A stretch of 64,000 bases of DNA, taken from contig JBHLRS010000002.1 in the NCBI GenBank assembly GCA_048882325.1, positions 96,001 through 160,000 on the forward strand, read 5' to 3'. Below, piece after piece: positions 1 through 9,034 of the stretch; the first letter of the stretch is position 1, and each line of letters opens with the position of its first letter. Source of the stretch: Candidatus Thorarchaeota archaeon. GTDB lineage: Archaea > Asgardarchaeota > Thorarchaeia > Thorarchaeales > Thorarchaeaceae. Below the pieces are notes generated by a model. That model had not been told where the DNA came from. It did not search any database and saw only the letters and a list, made by a program, of their open reading frames with translations. The position numbers and the translations under genes were made by a program.

Positions 1-150
1 ATCGGTCTGAAATGCCACGATAGCAATGATGAATGTCACAAACCAGACGATGACTCCAGTGATGTCAGCGGCCTTCTTCATGAAGACCAGAAGGACAAGA
101 GCCAAGACTATTGGTAGAATAATCAATATGAAACCTACAACTGCTTCCAA
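1..150 (-). CDS. N-terminal part of a membrane protein, probably L-lactate permease family (runs off the window edge)
   Basis: Manual translation from TTG at 150: MEAVVGFILIILPIVLALVLLVFMKKAADITGVIVWFVTFIIAIVAFQTD. Two TM helices with the LPI..L....K.A start typical of LctP. Confidence 0.55.
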   Translation of the reverse strand, partial: MEAVVGFILIILPIVLALVLLVFMKKAADITGVIVWFVTFIIAIVAFQTD

Positions 151-153
151 TTT

Positions 154-1149
154 TTACGACTTCCTTTCAAGATATCCATTTTCAAGATACCAATCAATAG
201 CTCTCTGAAGACCTTCAGTCATAGTGACATGAGGTGCCCATCCAAGCAGGCGCTTTGCCTTCTCATTTGAGTATTCACGATTTGCATACATATTATCCAC
301 AGATTTCATGTGCCAGAAGAAAGTCATTTTCTTTCTGTTCTTGAAAGGACTCAAAAGAGCCATTCCTATCTTTGCGACAACCTTAGGAACACGAAGACGT
401 GGAGGTTTAACATCAAGATATTCAGTCACGACATCCACATACTGTTCCCAACTCATGGATTCATCTGGACAGAGAATAATCGTGTTGTTGAGAGCTGCCA
501 TTGGAGTTAACGCAGCAACAAAACCTGAGATAACATCATCAATGTGTATGAACATGAAACGTGCACTCAGGTCGCGTGGTAAGGCGAAGACCTTTCCATG
601 ATACAGTTCATGAGCAACCTCATACATAATGTAAAGGTCCCCTTCGCCCATTACACCTGTCGGTCTTAGAATGATGTGGGCCAACCCGGTTTCATCTGTG
701 ATCTCACGAATCGCTTTCTCTGCTAGTATCTTACTCTCACCGTAACTAAAGTCAGGTTTCAGTTCTGTGTCCTCGGTGCCAGGAGGGAATCTAATAGATC
801 CCATTGTTTCCGCTGTAGAGCAGTAGATGAATCTCTCAACTTCAGTCCCAAGACAAGCGGTCATCAGGTTTCTTGTTCCTTCCACATTGACCTTGAACAT
901 GAGATCCTCATCCGAGGGATAGAAGTCGAAATATGCAGCAAAGTGATAAACAACTTTGACTCCTTGTACTGCCGCTTCTAGACTTCGCATATCAAACAGG
1001 TCCGCAACCCTAATCTCAACTTCCGCGGGAAGTCCCTCAGTGTTACTTGTTTGTCTTACAAGTGCAACAACGTCATGGCCATCTGCCAGAAGCTTTGAAA
1101 CTACACGTCCACCTATATAACCCGATGCTCCTGTGACAAGAATCTTCAC
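154..1149 (-). CDS. NAD-dependent epimerase/dehydratase (extended SDR)
   Basis: VTGASGYIG Rossmann motif, VNVEGT, YGESK catalytic YxxxK, IHIDDV. Confidence 0.9.
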   Translation of the reverse strand: MKILVTGASGYIGGRVVSKLLADGHDVVALVRQTSNTEGLPAEVEIRVADLFDMRSLEAAVQGVKVVYHFAAYFDFYPSDEDLMFKVNVEGTRNLMTACLGTEVERFIYCSTAETMGSIRFPPGTEDTELKPDFSYGESKILAEKAIREITDETGLAHIILRPTGVMGEGDLYIMYEVAHELYHGKVFALPRDLSARFMFIHIDDVISGFVAALTPMAALNNTIILCPDESMSWEQYVDVVTEYLDVKPPRLRVPKVVAKIGMALLSPFKNRKKMTFFWHMKSVDNMYANREYSNEKAKRLLGWAPHVTMTEGLQRAIDWYLENGYLERKS

Positions 1150-1267
1150 GGGCGCTTACCTCTAACTAGCCCTCAAACATCTCTCATTTATCTGTATCCT
1201 ATCTTCTCTACCAAAAGTAATATTCGTTCACGTGAAGAAGTAGTAAGAGTGGACTGGTGTAGGGACA

Positions 1268-2434
1268 TTGGAGCCAGAAAGTCACAGTGACATGGAACGG
1301 ACTGAGTTAGGTCCAGCAGAAGACACTCCAACTGGCTGGTTTCAATTGGGTTGTGCTCTTGCAAAACAAGGGAATCAAGTTGAAGCTGAGAGAGCTTTGA
1401 AGATTGCAGTTGACTTGCAAGAGAAATATCCAATTGCATGGACAGTTCTGAGTGCTGTTCTACTTTCACAAGCCCGAGAAACAGACGCTGAGAAAGCAGG
1501 CAAGATGGCATTGGAACAAGCTGAAGACCTAAAGATCACCTGGCCTAAACTACGAAGCATCATTCTCAATCATGCGATTCTGAAAGGCAAGGATTGGAAA
1601 AGTCCTAGGAGGATCCTATGCAATTCTTCTGATTCAACTGAATGGGCCAGCATCCTCTCTCAGTTAAGTGAAACGAACGATGAGCTGTCTAGTGAAATCG
1701 ATATCAAACCAGAAGAAGTTGATGATTCTCTGACTGCTGTAAAACCGATTGAAGAAATTGATAGTGAAGAAATGAGGGCGTGGGGATCTGATGCATTAAA
1801 GCAAACGGAAGATGAGAATGCACAAATTTGGTTTGGTACTGCGCGAATCCATATGGTTGCGGGTAGGTTTGACCAAGCTGAAAAAGCGTTCATGAGAGGA
1901 CTGAAAATAGATCCTGATAATGGTGAAGCATTACTTAGAGTTGGAACACTTCTCATGAAGAGAGGACTCTATAATAAGGCAGAGGGTTTGCTTGTACGAG
2001 CGGTTGATCTTTTGCAACAGAGCGCAGATGCTAGATTTCAATTAGCACTCTGTCTTCAGGCTCAAGAAAGATGGGATGAATCGAAAGACTTGTTGAAGAT
2101 TGCTAGTCAGAAAAATCCAAAAGATGAAGAAATTTGGGTCAAACTTGGTGAGGCGGATTTCTTCTGCAGCCGATATGAAGATGCCAGTAGGAGTTTCCTC
2201 AGAGCCCTTAGGATAATTCCCAGTCATCAAGAAGCGTTATTCTACCTCGGTCGGTGCATGGAGTATCGTGGGAATAATAGTCATGCTCTTCGTGTGTATA
2301 GAAAGCTGCTCTATCTTGAACCAGAGGATTCAGAGATGCTTGAGGAAATGTCAAAATCATTCCATCGTCTTGGTGAGCAGAATTCAGCAAACCGCGCAAA
2401 AGCTCTAGCAGCTAAACGACGTAGGTCTACATAA
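1268..2434 (+). CDS. TPR-repeat protein
   Basis: Multiple TPR units (W..LG......G...EAE.A...A..L.P), two N-terminal and about six C-terminal, separated by an acidic linker. Confidence 0.85.
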   Translation: MEPESHSDMERTELGPAEDTPTGWFQLGCALAKQGNQVEAERALKIAVDLQEKYPIAWTVLSAVLLSQARETDAEKAGKMALEQAEDLKITWPKLRSIILNHAILKGKDWKSPRRILCNSSDSTEWASILSQLSETNDELSSEIDIKPEEVDDSLTAVKPIEEIDSEEMRAWGSDALKQTEDENAQIWFGTARIHMVAGRFDQAEKAFMRGLKIDPDNGEALLRVGTLLMKRGLYNKAEGLLVRAVDLLQQSADARFQLALCLQAQERWDESKDLLKIASQKNPKDEEIWVKLGEADFFCSRYEDASRSFLRALRIIPSHQEALFYLGRCMEYRGNNSHALRVYRKLLYLEPEDSEMLEEMSKSFHRLGEQNSANRAKALAAKRRRST

Positions 2435-3158
2435 TGAACTCGTCCAATGCAGGTAGAACCATACCAGCTTTTCCTGTGATGTGGAGGTCTACAACTCCAG
2501 TCAACATGGTCCGTTCAACATTGACTTCAATTACCTTACCACCTCGTTGCTTCACAATTAATGGGAAAGAGGCAGCAGGTTGCACATATCCAGAGGTGCC
2601 GATGACAATAATGACATCAGCCCGATCAAGTTCTGTGTAGACTCGCTGCATGATGTGGGAGTCAAGAGGCTCACCAAACCAAACAACATCAGGACGTAGG
2701 TTATTTCCACATTGTGGACAATGAGGAATACCTTTTGCTGGCTGATGCAAACGCTCACGATGATCACAAGAAACACACTTCAATGCCCAAATGTCACCAT
2801 GCACCTCGTAGACGTTCATTGATCCAGCTCTTATGTGAAGTCCATCTACATTCTGTGTAATCACTGATTCGAGAACGCCTCTTGTCTCCCATATCGCTAA
2901 GGTTTCATGGGCAGGATTTGGTTGGCAGTTTCCAATTAGTCCTTGTCGCCATGTGTACCACTCCCAAACGAGAGCAGGATTTCTGGCAAAAGCAATAGGT
3001 GTTGCAAGTTCCATTGCATTATAGTTTCGCCACAATCCATCTTCTCCGCGGAAGGTAGGGATATTTGATTCCCTAGAGATTCCAGCTCCAGTGAGTGCTA
3101 CAAAGTATTTTGCATCCATGATTACTTGTGCGACCTCTTTGAGAAGAGTTTCCTTCAT
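2427..3158 (-). CDS. cobB: Sir2-family NAD-dependent protein deacylase
   Basis: GAGISRESNIPTFRG, TQNVDGLH, HG, CxxC..CxxC zinc ribbon, RPDVVWFGE, GTS motifs. Confidence 0.95.
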   Translation of the reverse strand: MKETLLKEVAQVIMDAKYFVALTGAGISRESNIPTFRGEDGLWRNYNAMELATPIAFARNPALVWEWYTWRQGLIGNCQPNPAHETLAIWETRGVLESVITQNVDGLHIRAGSMNVYEVHGDIWALKCVSCDHRERLHQPAKGIPHCPQCGNNLRPDVVWFGEPLDSHIMQRVYTELDRADVIIVIGTSGYVQPAASFPLIVKQRGGKVIEVNVERTMLTGVVDLHITGKAGMVLPALDEFIM

Positions 3159-3300
3159 TTTGTAACCTACACTTCACAGACATTTCTCTTTCTTAAGCCT
3201 GACTCATGCCTGCTGAGAAAACTAGCGTGCTACGCCAGCATGCTTATTAGGTGAGACTACAAATGAATATTCACTATTGTGAACACATCGGGGATTTACT

Positions 3301-3801
3301 ATGTCTGCTGGTGAGGCTAAGAAGGTAAAACAGGTCAAGAGAAGAACATGGATGATGCCTCAAGAAGTTGAGGTCTGGTACGTCCTTCCTGCGATCAGAA
3401 GAGAACTTGCAAAGGTTATGAAAACCAAGACTGTCCAGCGCAAAAATGAGGACGGTGAGTTGGTGGATCATAAAATCACTCAGAAGGAGATTGCTCGTAT
3501 GCTTGGTGTGACCGAACCAGCAATCACCCAATACCTGTTGAAAAAGAAGGGACGGAGGTCCAGAGGTGATCAGGTGGTCATCCCAGCTATAATTCTGAGA
3601 GAAATTGACAAGTCAGCAGACACTATGATTGAGGAATATGAAAAAGCCAGAAGTTCAGACAATGAAGACATCTTTGAAGAGATGACTCGAGAGATTAACC
3701 GCATCATTAGATTCATGAGAGATGAAGGAATAATGTGTGATATTCACAGAGAGTTCTGCGCTCATACGCAAGATCCCTGTGATGCGTGTGCCAATAAATA
3801 G
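3301..3801 (+). CDS. Archaeal HTH transcriptional regulator (COG2522-like) with Cys-rich C-terminus
   Basis: PQE...WYVLPAIRRELA, TQKEIARMLGVTEPAITQYL HTH, terminal CDIH...CDAC. Confidence 0.85.
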   Translation: MSAGEAKKVKQVKRRTWMMPQEVEVWYVLPAIRRELAKVMKTKTVQRKNEDGELVDHKITQKEIARMLGVTEPAITQYLLKKKGRRSRGDQVVIPAIILREIDKSADTMIEEYEKARSSDNEDIFEEMTREINRIIRFMRDEGIMCDIHREFCAHTQDPCDACANK

Positions 3802-3867
3802 AGTCTGAACTTTCAGCAGAAGGTTTTATCCGCAAATGCGCACTTCTGATACTCTATAGAAGAGTGT

Positions 3868-4605
3868 TTGCCATTGACAGGAGAAATCAAAGTCAGTATC
3901 AAAGATGCACTCGCCACTGTCACGATTTCAAGACCAGATAAGTTGAATTCAGTGACAAAAGAGATGCTCACCGATTTTCATGATCAGGTTTCGCAGCTCA
4001 TCAACAATCCAAGCATCAGGGTAATTGTCTTCAACGGTGAAGGAAACCGTGCATTCAGTGCAGGGTTTGACCTTGAGATGGTCATGGGTTTGGAGGGTAA
4101 AGAGGCCACTGAGTTCTTCAAACTGCTTGAGCGCACAATGCGAGTCATCCGAGAGAATCGAAATTGCCTGACAATAGCTTCGGTGAATGGATATGCCATT
4201 GGGTTTGGTGCGATGGCAGTCCTTGCTTGTGACTTCAGGATTTTTTCTGACACTGCAGTCTTCAAACTACCGGAAGTTGAGTTGGGTGTTTTTCCAGGTG
4301 CTGGAGCTTCATCAAACCTGCTGCATCTGGTTGGACCATCACGAGCAAAAGATATCGTACTGACAAGTCGGAATGTTTCCGCAAAGGAAGCACATGAGAT
4401 AGGACTTGCAGACATGTTAGTGAGTCCAGATGAATTGGAGAAGTGTACAAATGAGTATGTTGAAGCCCTCTTGAACAAAGACCCTACAATCTTGATTAGA
4501 TCAAAGACAATGATAGATGGCATGACTGGAAAGGATGTTTCAGAAGCCAGTGAGGTGGAAACTGCATATCTCGATGAATGGCTTCGGGAGAGAGAAGAAT
4601 CCTAA
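3868..4605 (+). CDS. Enoyl-CoA hydratase/isomerase family protein
   Basis: RPDKLNS, AFSAGFDL, IASVNGYAIGFG, LPEVELGVFPGAG. Confidence 0.9.
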   Translation: MPLTGEIKVSIKDALATVTISRPDKLNSVTKEMLTDFHDQVSQLINNPSIRVIVFNGEGNRAFSAGFDLEMVMGLEGKEATEFFKLLERTMRVIRENRNCLTIASVNGYAIGFGAMAVLACDFRIFSDTAVFKLPEVELGVFPGAGASSNLLHLVGPSRAKDIVLTSRNVSAKEAHEIGLADMLVSPDELEKCTNEYVEALLNKDPTILIRSKTMIDGMTGKDVSEASEVETAYLDEWLREREES

Positions 4606-4730
4606 AAAATATCCAAAGGGCAATGCGACATAGATTTGTTTCATAGATAATCTACTTGGATAATCGTTGAATGTTTATTCGTCAGCCTTAATTAGGAAAA
4701 GTATCACAAAAAGGACCTCTGTTCAATGAG

Positions 4731-5714
4731 ATGATTTCAATGGCAAAAACAGCTGTTATCGCAATTGGTGGAAACTCGCTGATAAAAGACAAATCACACA
4801 AGACAGTACCTGATCAATATGCAGCCACCGCAGAAACGTGTAAACATATTGCAGACATGATCCAACAAGGTTGGAACGTCGTGATTACGTCAGGAAATGG
4901 ACCTCAGGTCGGTTTTATTTTGAGAAGGTCTGAATTGGCGGAACACGAACTTCACCCCGTGCCACTTGACTATTGTGGCGCAGATACTCAAGGTGCTATT
5001 GGGTATATGATTCAAAGAGCACTCTACAACGAGTTTCACAAGAGGGGTATGAATAGACATGTGGCATCACTTGTGACTCAGGTACGAGTTTCGAAAGACG
5101 ATCCTGCTTTCCAGAATCCTGCAAAACCAATAGGGTCTTTTATGGAAGAGAAAGAAGCCAAGCAAAGAATGGAAAAAGAAGGCTGGCAAATAAAGGAAGA
5201 TTCTGGCAGAGGATGGAGACGAGTTGTGCCATCACCGATACCTAAGGAGATAGTTGAACTCCCAGGAATTAAAGCTCTACTGAATGATGACATTGTGGTA
5301 TACGCAGTCGGAGGTGGAGGCATCCCGGTTGTAGCAAATGAGGCAGGTGAGCTTGAAGGCATCGCTGCAGTTATCGACAAGGACAGAGCATCCAGTCTAC
5401 TAGCAACAGATTTGGATGCAGATATCCTACTGATTTCGACTGCTGTAGAACAGGTCTATCTCAATTTTGGCAAGGAGAATCAAGAAGCTATTGATAAGAT
5501 GGACCATATTGAAGCTCAGAGGTACATTGAAGCGGGTCATTTCACCCCAGGAAGTATGTTGCCAAAGATTGAGGCATGTATTCAGTTCATTAAGAACGGA
5601 GGTGAAATGGCGATTATCACCGATCCACCCAATATCACACGAGCATTGAACGGAGAGACTGGAACTCGAATAGTTGCAGGATTTGCAGTTCCACCACCTC
5701 CAGAGAGAAGATGA
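4731..5714 (+). CDS. arcC: Carbamate kinase
   Basis: AIGGNS, GNGPQVG, PAKPIG, GRGWRRVVPSP, GGGGIPV, AVIDKD, GSMLPKI. Start may be ATG 4740. Confidence 0.95.
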   Translation: MISMAKTAVIAIGGNSLIKDKSHKTVPDQYAATAETCKHIADMIQQGWNVVITSGNGPQVGFILRRSELAEHELHPVPLDYCGADTQGAIGYMIQRALYNEFHKRGMNRHVASLVTQVRVSKDDPAFQNPAKPIGSFMEEKEAKQRMEKEGWQIKEDSGRGWRRVVPSPIPKEIVELPGIKALLNDDIVVYAVGGGGIPVVANEAGELEGIAAVIDKDRASSLLATDLDADILLISTAVEQVYLNFGKENQEAIDKMDHIEAQRYIEAGHFTPGSMLPKIEACIQFIKNGGEMAIITDPPNITRALNGETGTRIVAGFAVPPPPERR

Positions 5715-5720
5715 TGAAAA

Positions 5721-6101
5721 ATGAAACTTGAAGGAGTATCAACAGATAACGCACCAAAGGCTATAGGACCGTATTCACAAGGGATCAAAGCGAATGGATT
5801 CGTCTTTTGCTCAGGACAGATTCCATTTAATCCAAACACAGGAGAGCTTGTGACTGGGTCGATCACTGACCAAACAAAGCAATCACTCTCCAATGTGAAA
5901 GGAGTCATAGAAGCAGCTGGATCTTCAATGGAGAAAATTGTGAAGTGTACTGTTTTTCTCAAGAATATGGATGATTTCGCTGAGATGAATGCAGAGTATG
6001 CCAAATGGTTTAGTGACCCACCACCTGCGCGAGCTGCAGTTGAGGTTGCTCGATTACCGAGAGATGTTGGTATTGAGATAGAAGCAATCGCACTTCTCTA
6101 A
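5721..6101 (+). CDS. ridA: RidA/YjgF reactive intermediate deaminase
   Basis: [35 protein letters not shown]. Confidence 0.95.
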   Translation: MKLEGVSTDNAPKAIGPYSQGIKANGFVFCSGQIPFNPNTGELVTGSITDQTKQSLSNVKGVIEAAGSSMEKIVKCTVFLKNMDDFAEMNAEYAKWFSDPPPARAAVEVARLPRDVGIEIEAIALL

Positions 6102-6310
6102 CATATCCTATAGGGGATTATAACAAGAGCAATGCAACATGGTAGTATCAGCTCTAGCTGATGCCATTCACAGGGGAGTTTATGGATAAACGCCGCTGCG
6201 TCACCACACTTGGTCATTTAGTACATAATGAAAAGTAAATATGCGGTCAGAGCAAGCTTTTTACCTATACATTTTAGCGCAGGTTCTAGAATTACTTGGA
6301 GTACTGACTG

Positions 6311-6940
6311 TTGGATCCAACGAGTCTTGACAGTAGAGAGGTAGAATCCCTTGTGGACCAAGCCTCTTCACTCATTGAAAGACATCAATATGATGAAGCC
6401 ATGAACAAGCTTCGTCGAGGTCTCGCTGTAGACCCAACTAATGTTCGCGCATTAGAAAATCTAGTTATCTGTAATTTGGAACTTGGAAAGCCGAAGATGG
6501 CAATCCATGCATTAAACAGTCTTCTCCAAATAGAACCAACATCATCAGTACGCTGGGGAGACAAAGGGTACATCCATCTTTTACTGAATGAAAACTCAGA
6601 GGGTATCGGTGCACTTAGAGAGAGTCTCAAACTAGAGCCACGTGATGTCCGTAGGTGGGAACTTTTAGCAACAGCACTCATTACTGAAGAGAGATGGGAG
6701 GAGGCTGTGGATGCTTTGGAAAAGTCTCTGAGTCTAGACCCTGCATCTGCCACAACTTGGTATAATCTTGCAGTCTGTTATCTCTACTTTGAAGACTTCG
6801 CGTCAGCCTTGCAGGCTGCTGAATACGCTGTATCACTGGATCCATCTCTTGAAGAGTTTGCTGCAAGTTGGATGGATCTAATCGATGATGATTACCTGAT
6901 AGAAGACTATCCCTCAATTGATGGAATTGCAGGTTCATAG
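6311..6940 (+). CDS. TPR-repeat protein with acidic tail
   Basis: About five TPR units ending in xDP/xEP turns. Confidence 0.85.
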   Translation: MDPTSLDSREVESLVDQASSLIERHQYDEAMNKLRRGLAVDPTNVRALENLVICNLELGKPKMAIHALNSLLQIEPTSSVRWGDKGYIHLLLNENSEGIGALRESLKLEPRDVRRWELLATALITEERWEEAVDALEKSLSLDPASATTWYNLAVCYLYFEDFASALQAAEYAVSLDPSLEEFAASWMDLIDDDYLIEDYPSIDGIAGS

Positions 6941-6942
6941 AA

Positions 6943-8823
6943 CTACTTAATCTTGTCAATTACTGCTTGGATTTCTTTAGATGATTTATTCATCCTAAAT
7001 GACTTCGCTGTTTCGAGAGCTTGTTCGAGAGCAGAGATGATTCGGCTCTTCTCTAGCTCCAATTCAGTTTCATCTTCGATGGTCTTCAGCGCTTCAATCT
7101 TCTTTGGCATCACGCTAAGTAGTCCATCGATTGCAGCCTGAGCCTCCTCTTTTGATGAAAACGATGCATCATGTTCTGCATCATAAGATGTCACTATTCT
7201 ATCTATCTGACTATACAGGCGGCGATACTCACCTAAGGCTCCTGATAGGATCTTCTGGACTTCACCTTCAGGTTCAGCTGCTTCCAAAGCGATTGATAAC
7301 TTCTCCATGGCTCCTTCAAGAAACTGCTTTCTTTCAGGGAGCTTTGTTCGGCGGCGCTCCATCCAACGCCATTCATTGGAAATCTGGCGTGTCAATGCAA
7401 GAGCTTGGTTGATGGTTTCTCTGAATTTGTCAAATTTTGACATAGCTTCATTGAGATCATATTCAAGAGTATCGACAACATGTGTGAGTTGGTAACTAAG
7501 CATGTCACTAGCCTGAGCCTCAGCGAGAACTTTGCTTTCCTTGATTATACGCCCTGCAGAGCTCCATAGACGTTCGACATCTTCAGAATTGCGGTCAGTT
7601 CTCTTCCGCACATCGAGCTCTTCAGATAACTGACGGATCTCATGTCCAATTGCTTGAAGCTCAGCAATCTTTGCCTTGAGCAGAGCTTTGCCCAGTCGAG
7701 TATTGAGCTCATCTGTCAATAGTTGTCTTTCTTCAGGAACCTCAAGTAGTGCATGGGTGTTATCGATTAGAAGCTGCAGAGCATTCTCATACGCGAGTAC
7801 AGCCTCATGGAAGAGTCCTTCCTGATAATGAACATCTGCCTTCTTCTCCAATTCAAGTGCTCCTTCCAATACATCATATGGTGATGTCTTGAGAAGGCTG
7901 TCGGTCAAAACAGGAGGTGTGTCTGTGCAGATATCAAGAGGTTGACCAGACGTAGTCAAGCGAATTATAGTGATTCCATCTTGGGTCGCGACATAGAGAA
8001 GGTCATGGTCTGCTTTGACCCATTCGATTTTCTGTCCATTAAGAGGTATTACACCAACCTCTTCACCCCGTTTCAAATCCCAGATAGTGAGTAAACCGGG
8101 AGACAAAGCAGCCACAAGATAATAGCTACTTGCCCATATTGAGGACACTGGGTTAGAGCTATCTGACTCCAAAGTACGGACCAAGCCCCATTCCACCCGG
8201 TCATAGACTGCAATCTCCCCTGTTGAATTACCTACCAGAACAAACTCAGCGTTTCCAGAGATTATTCCACCTCTTCCTTTCTTGTCCAATCTAGCTAGCT
8301 CCGAAGGTGCAGTATCACGGTCTTTCAACCATACTCGTGGTTCCTCTTTCTTTGCGCTTGTACAAATTATTTTGTCATCCGACCAAAGACTAGTAAGATC
8401 TGATTTATGGAGCTGCCAACTTGAGGTTTCATGAGTGTCTTTTTGAATGGACACAAGTCTACCTTCTCTCGCTCCAACGTAGAAGTAATCACTATGCAGA
8501 GTTGATGTCAGGGCCTGATAACTCAGTTCAAACCACCCAGTCATACCCCAGGTTTCTTTTTTCCAAACATAGATTCTACGCTCACAAGTAGCAAATACCT
8601 GTGTATCATCAACATCAACAATTAGAGGGGGAGTATCAGTTTCGCCTAGTTCTGCAATCAGTTGCCAATCAGTCTTTGACCATACTCGGACTCTTTGATC
8701 GCGACATGCAGCATAGAGAAAGTTCTCATCATATGTGATATCAACTGCAGGAGCCTCTATGATAGTTATAACTTCGTGACTAAGAGGCATGGCATCATTA
8801 GTGCCTAAAGCGCCTTTATCCAT
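6943..8823 (-). CDS. WD40-like beta-propeller + MIT/TPR-like three-helix domain + long helical C-terminus
   Basis: aa ~15-290 hold about 7 blades (VRVW, IYVW, PRVW, IAVYD, LTIWDL). aa ~316-390 read ALELEKKADVHYQEGLFHEAVLAYENALQLL...EERQLL. The rest is amphipathic helices. Start may be ATG 8790. Confidence 0.8.
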   Translation of the reverse strand: MDKGALGTNDAMPLSHEVITIIEAPAVDITYDENFLYAACRDQRVRVWSKTDWQLIAELGETDTPPLIVDVDDTQVFATCERRIYVWKKETWGMTGWFELSYQALTSTLHSDYFYVGAREGRLVSIQKDTHETSSWQLHKSDLTSLWSDDKIICTSAKKEEPRVWLKDRDTAPSELARLDKKGRGGIISGNAEFVLVGNSTGEIAVYDRVEWGLVRTLESDSSNPVSSIWASSYYLVAALSPGLLTIWDLKRGEEVGVIPLNGQKIEWVKADHDLLYVATQDGITIIRLTTSGQPLDICTDTPPVLTDSLLKTSPYDVLEGALELEKKADVHYQEGLFHEAVLAYENALQLLIDNTHALLEVPEERQLLTDELNTRLGKALLKAKIAELQAIGHEIRQLSEELDVRKRTDRNSEDVERLWSSAGRIIKESKVLAEAQASDMLSYQLTHVVDTLEYDLNEAMSKFDKFRETINQALALTRQISNEWRWMERRRTKLPERKQFLEGAMEKLSIALEAAEPEGEVQKILSGALGEYRRLYSQIDRIVTSYDAEHDASFSSKEEAQAAIDGLLSVMPKKIEALKTIEDETELELEKSRIISALEQALETAKSFRMNKSSKEIQAVIDKIK

Positions 8824-9034
8824 AATTTCTCCCCATGAGATTCAGCAGGTTGTATTCAAGGTTTTTGGAGTCCTTAAGGGTGTTTCTTTCACGGTCAGAA
8901 ACGTCTGAAATAGCCGGAAAATGCATTTTAGAAACAAGCAATACATAGTAAAATCGTTGAAAAGGGAGGACCCACACAGAAAGAACTTAAGACATCCACC
9001 ACGAAAATAGCCATACTAGACGGAGGCAGGCATC

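Noticed and set aside
3223-3244. Paired AGCRTGCT near-palindromes upstream of the HTH regulator
   Set aside because: Too short to separate from chance without comparative data.
6102-6310. ncRNA in the ridA-TPR gap (hairpin at 6139-6167)
   Set aside because: Only one or two short stems are present, with no tRNA cloverleaf or C/D box pair that I can support.
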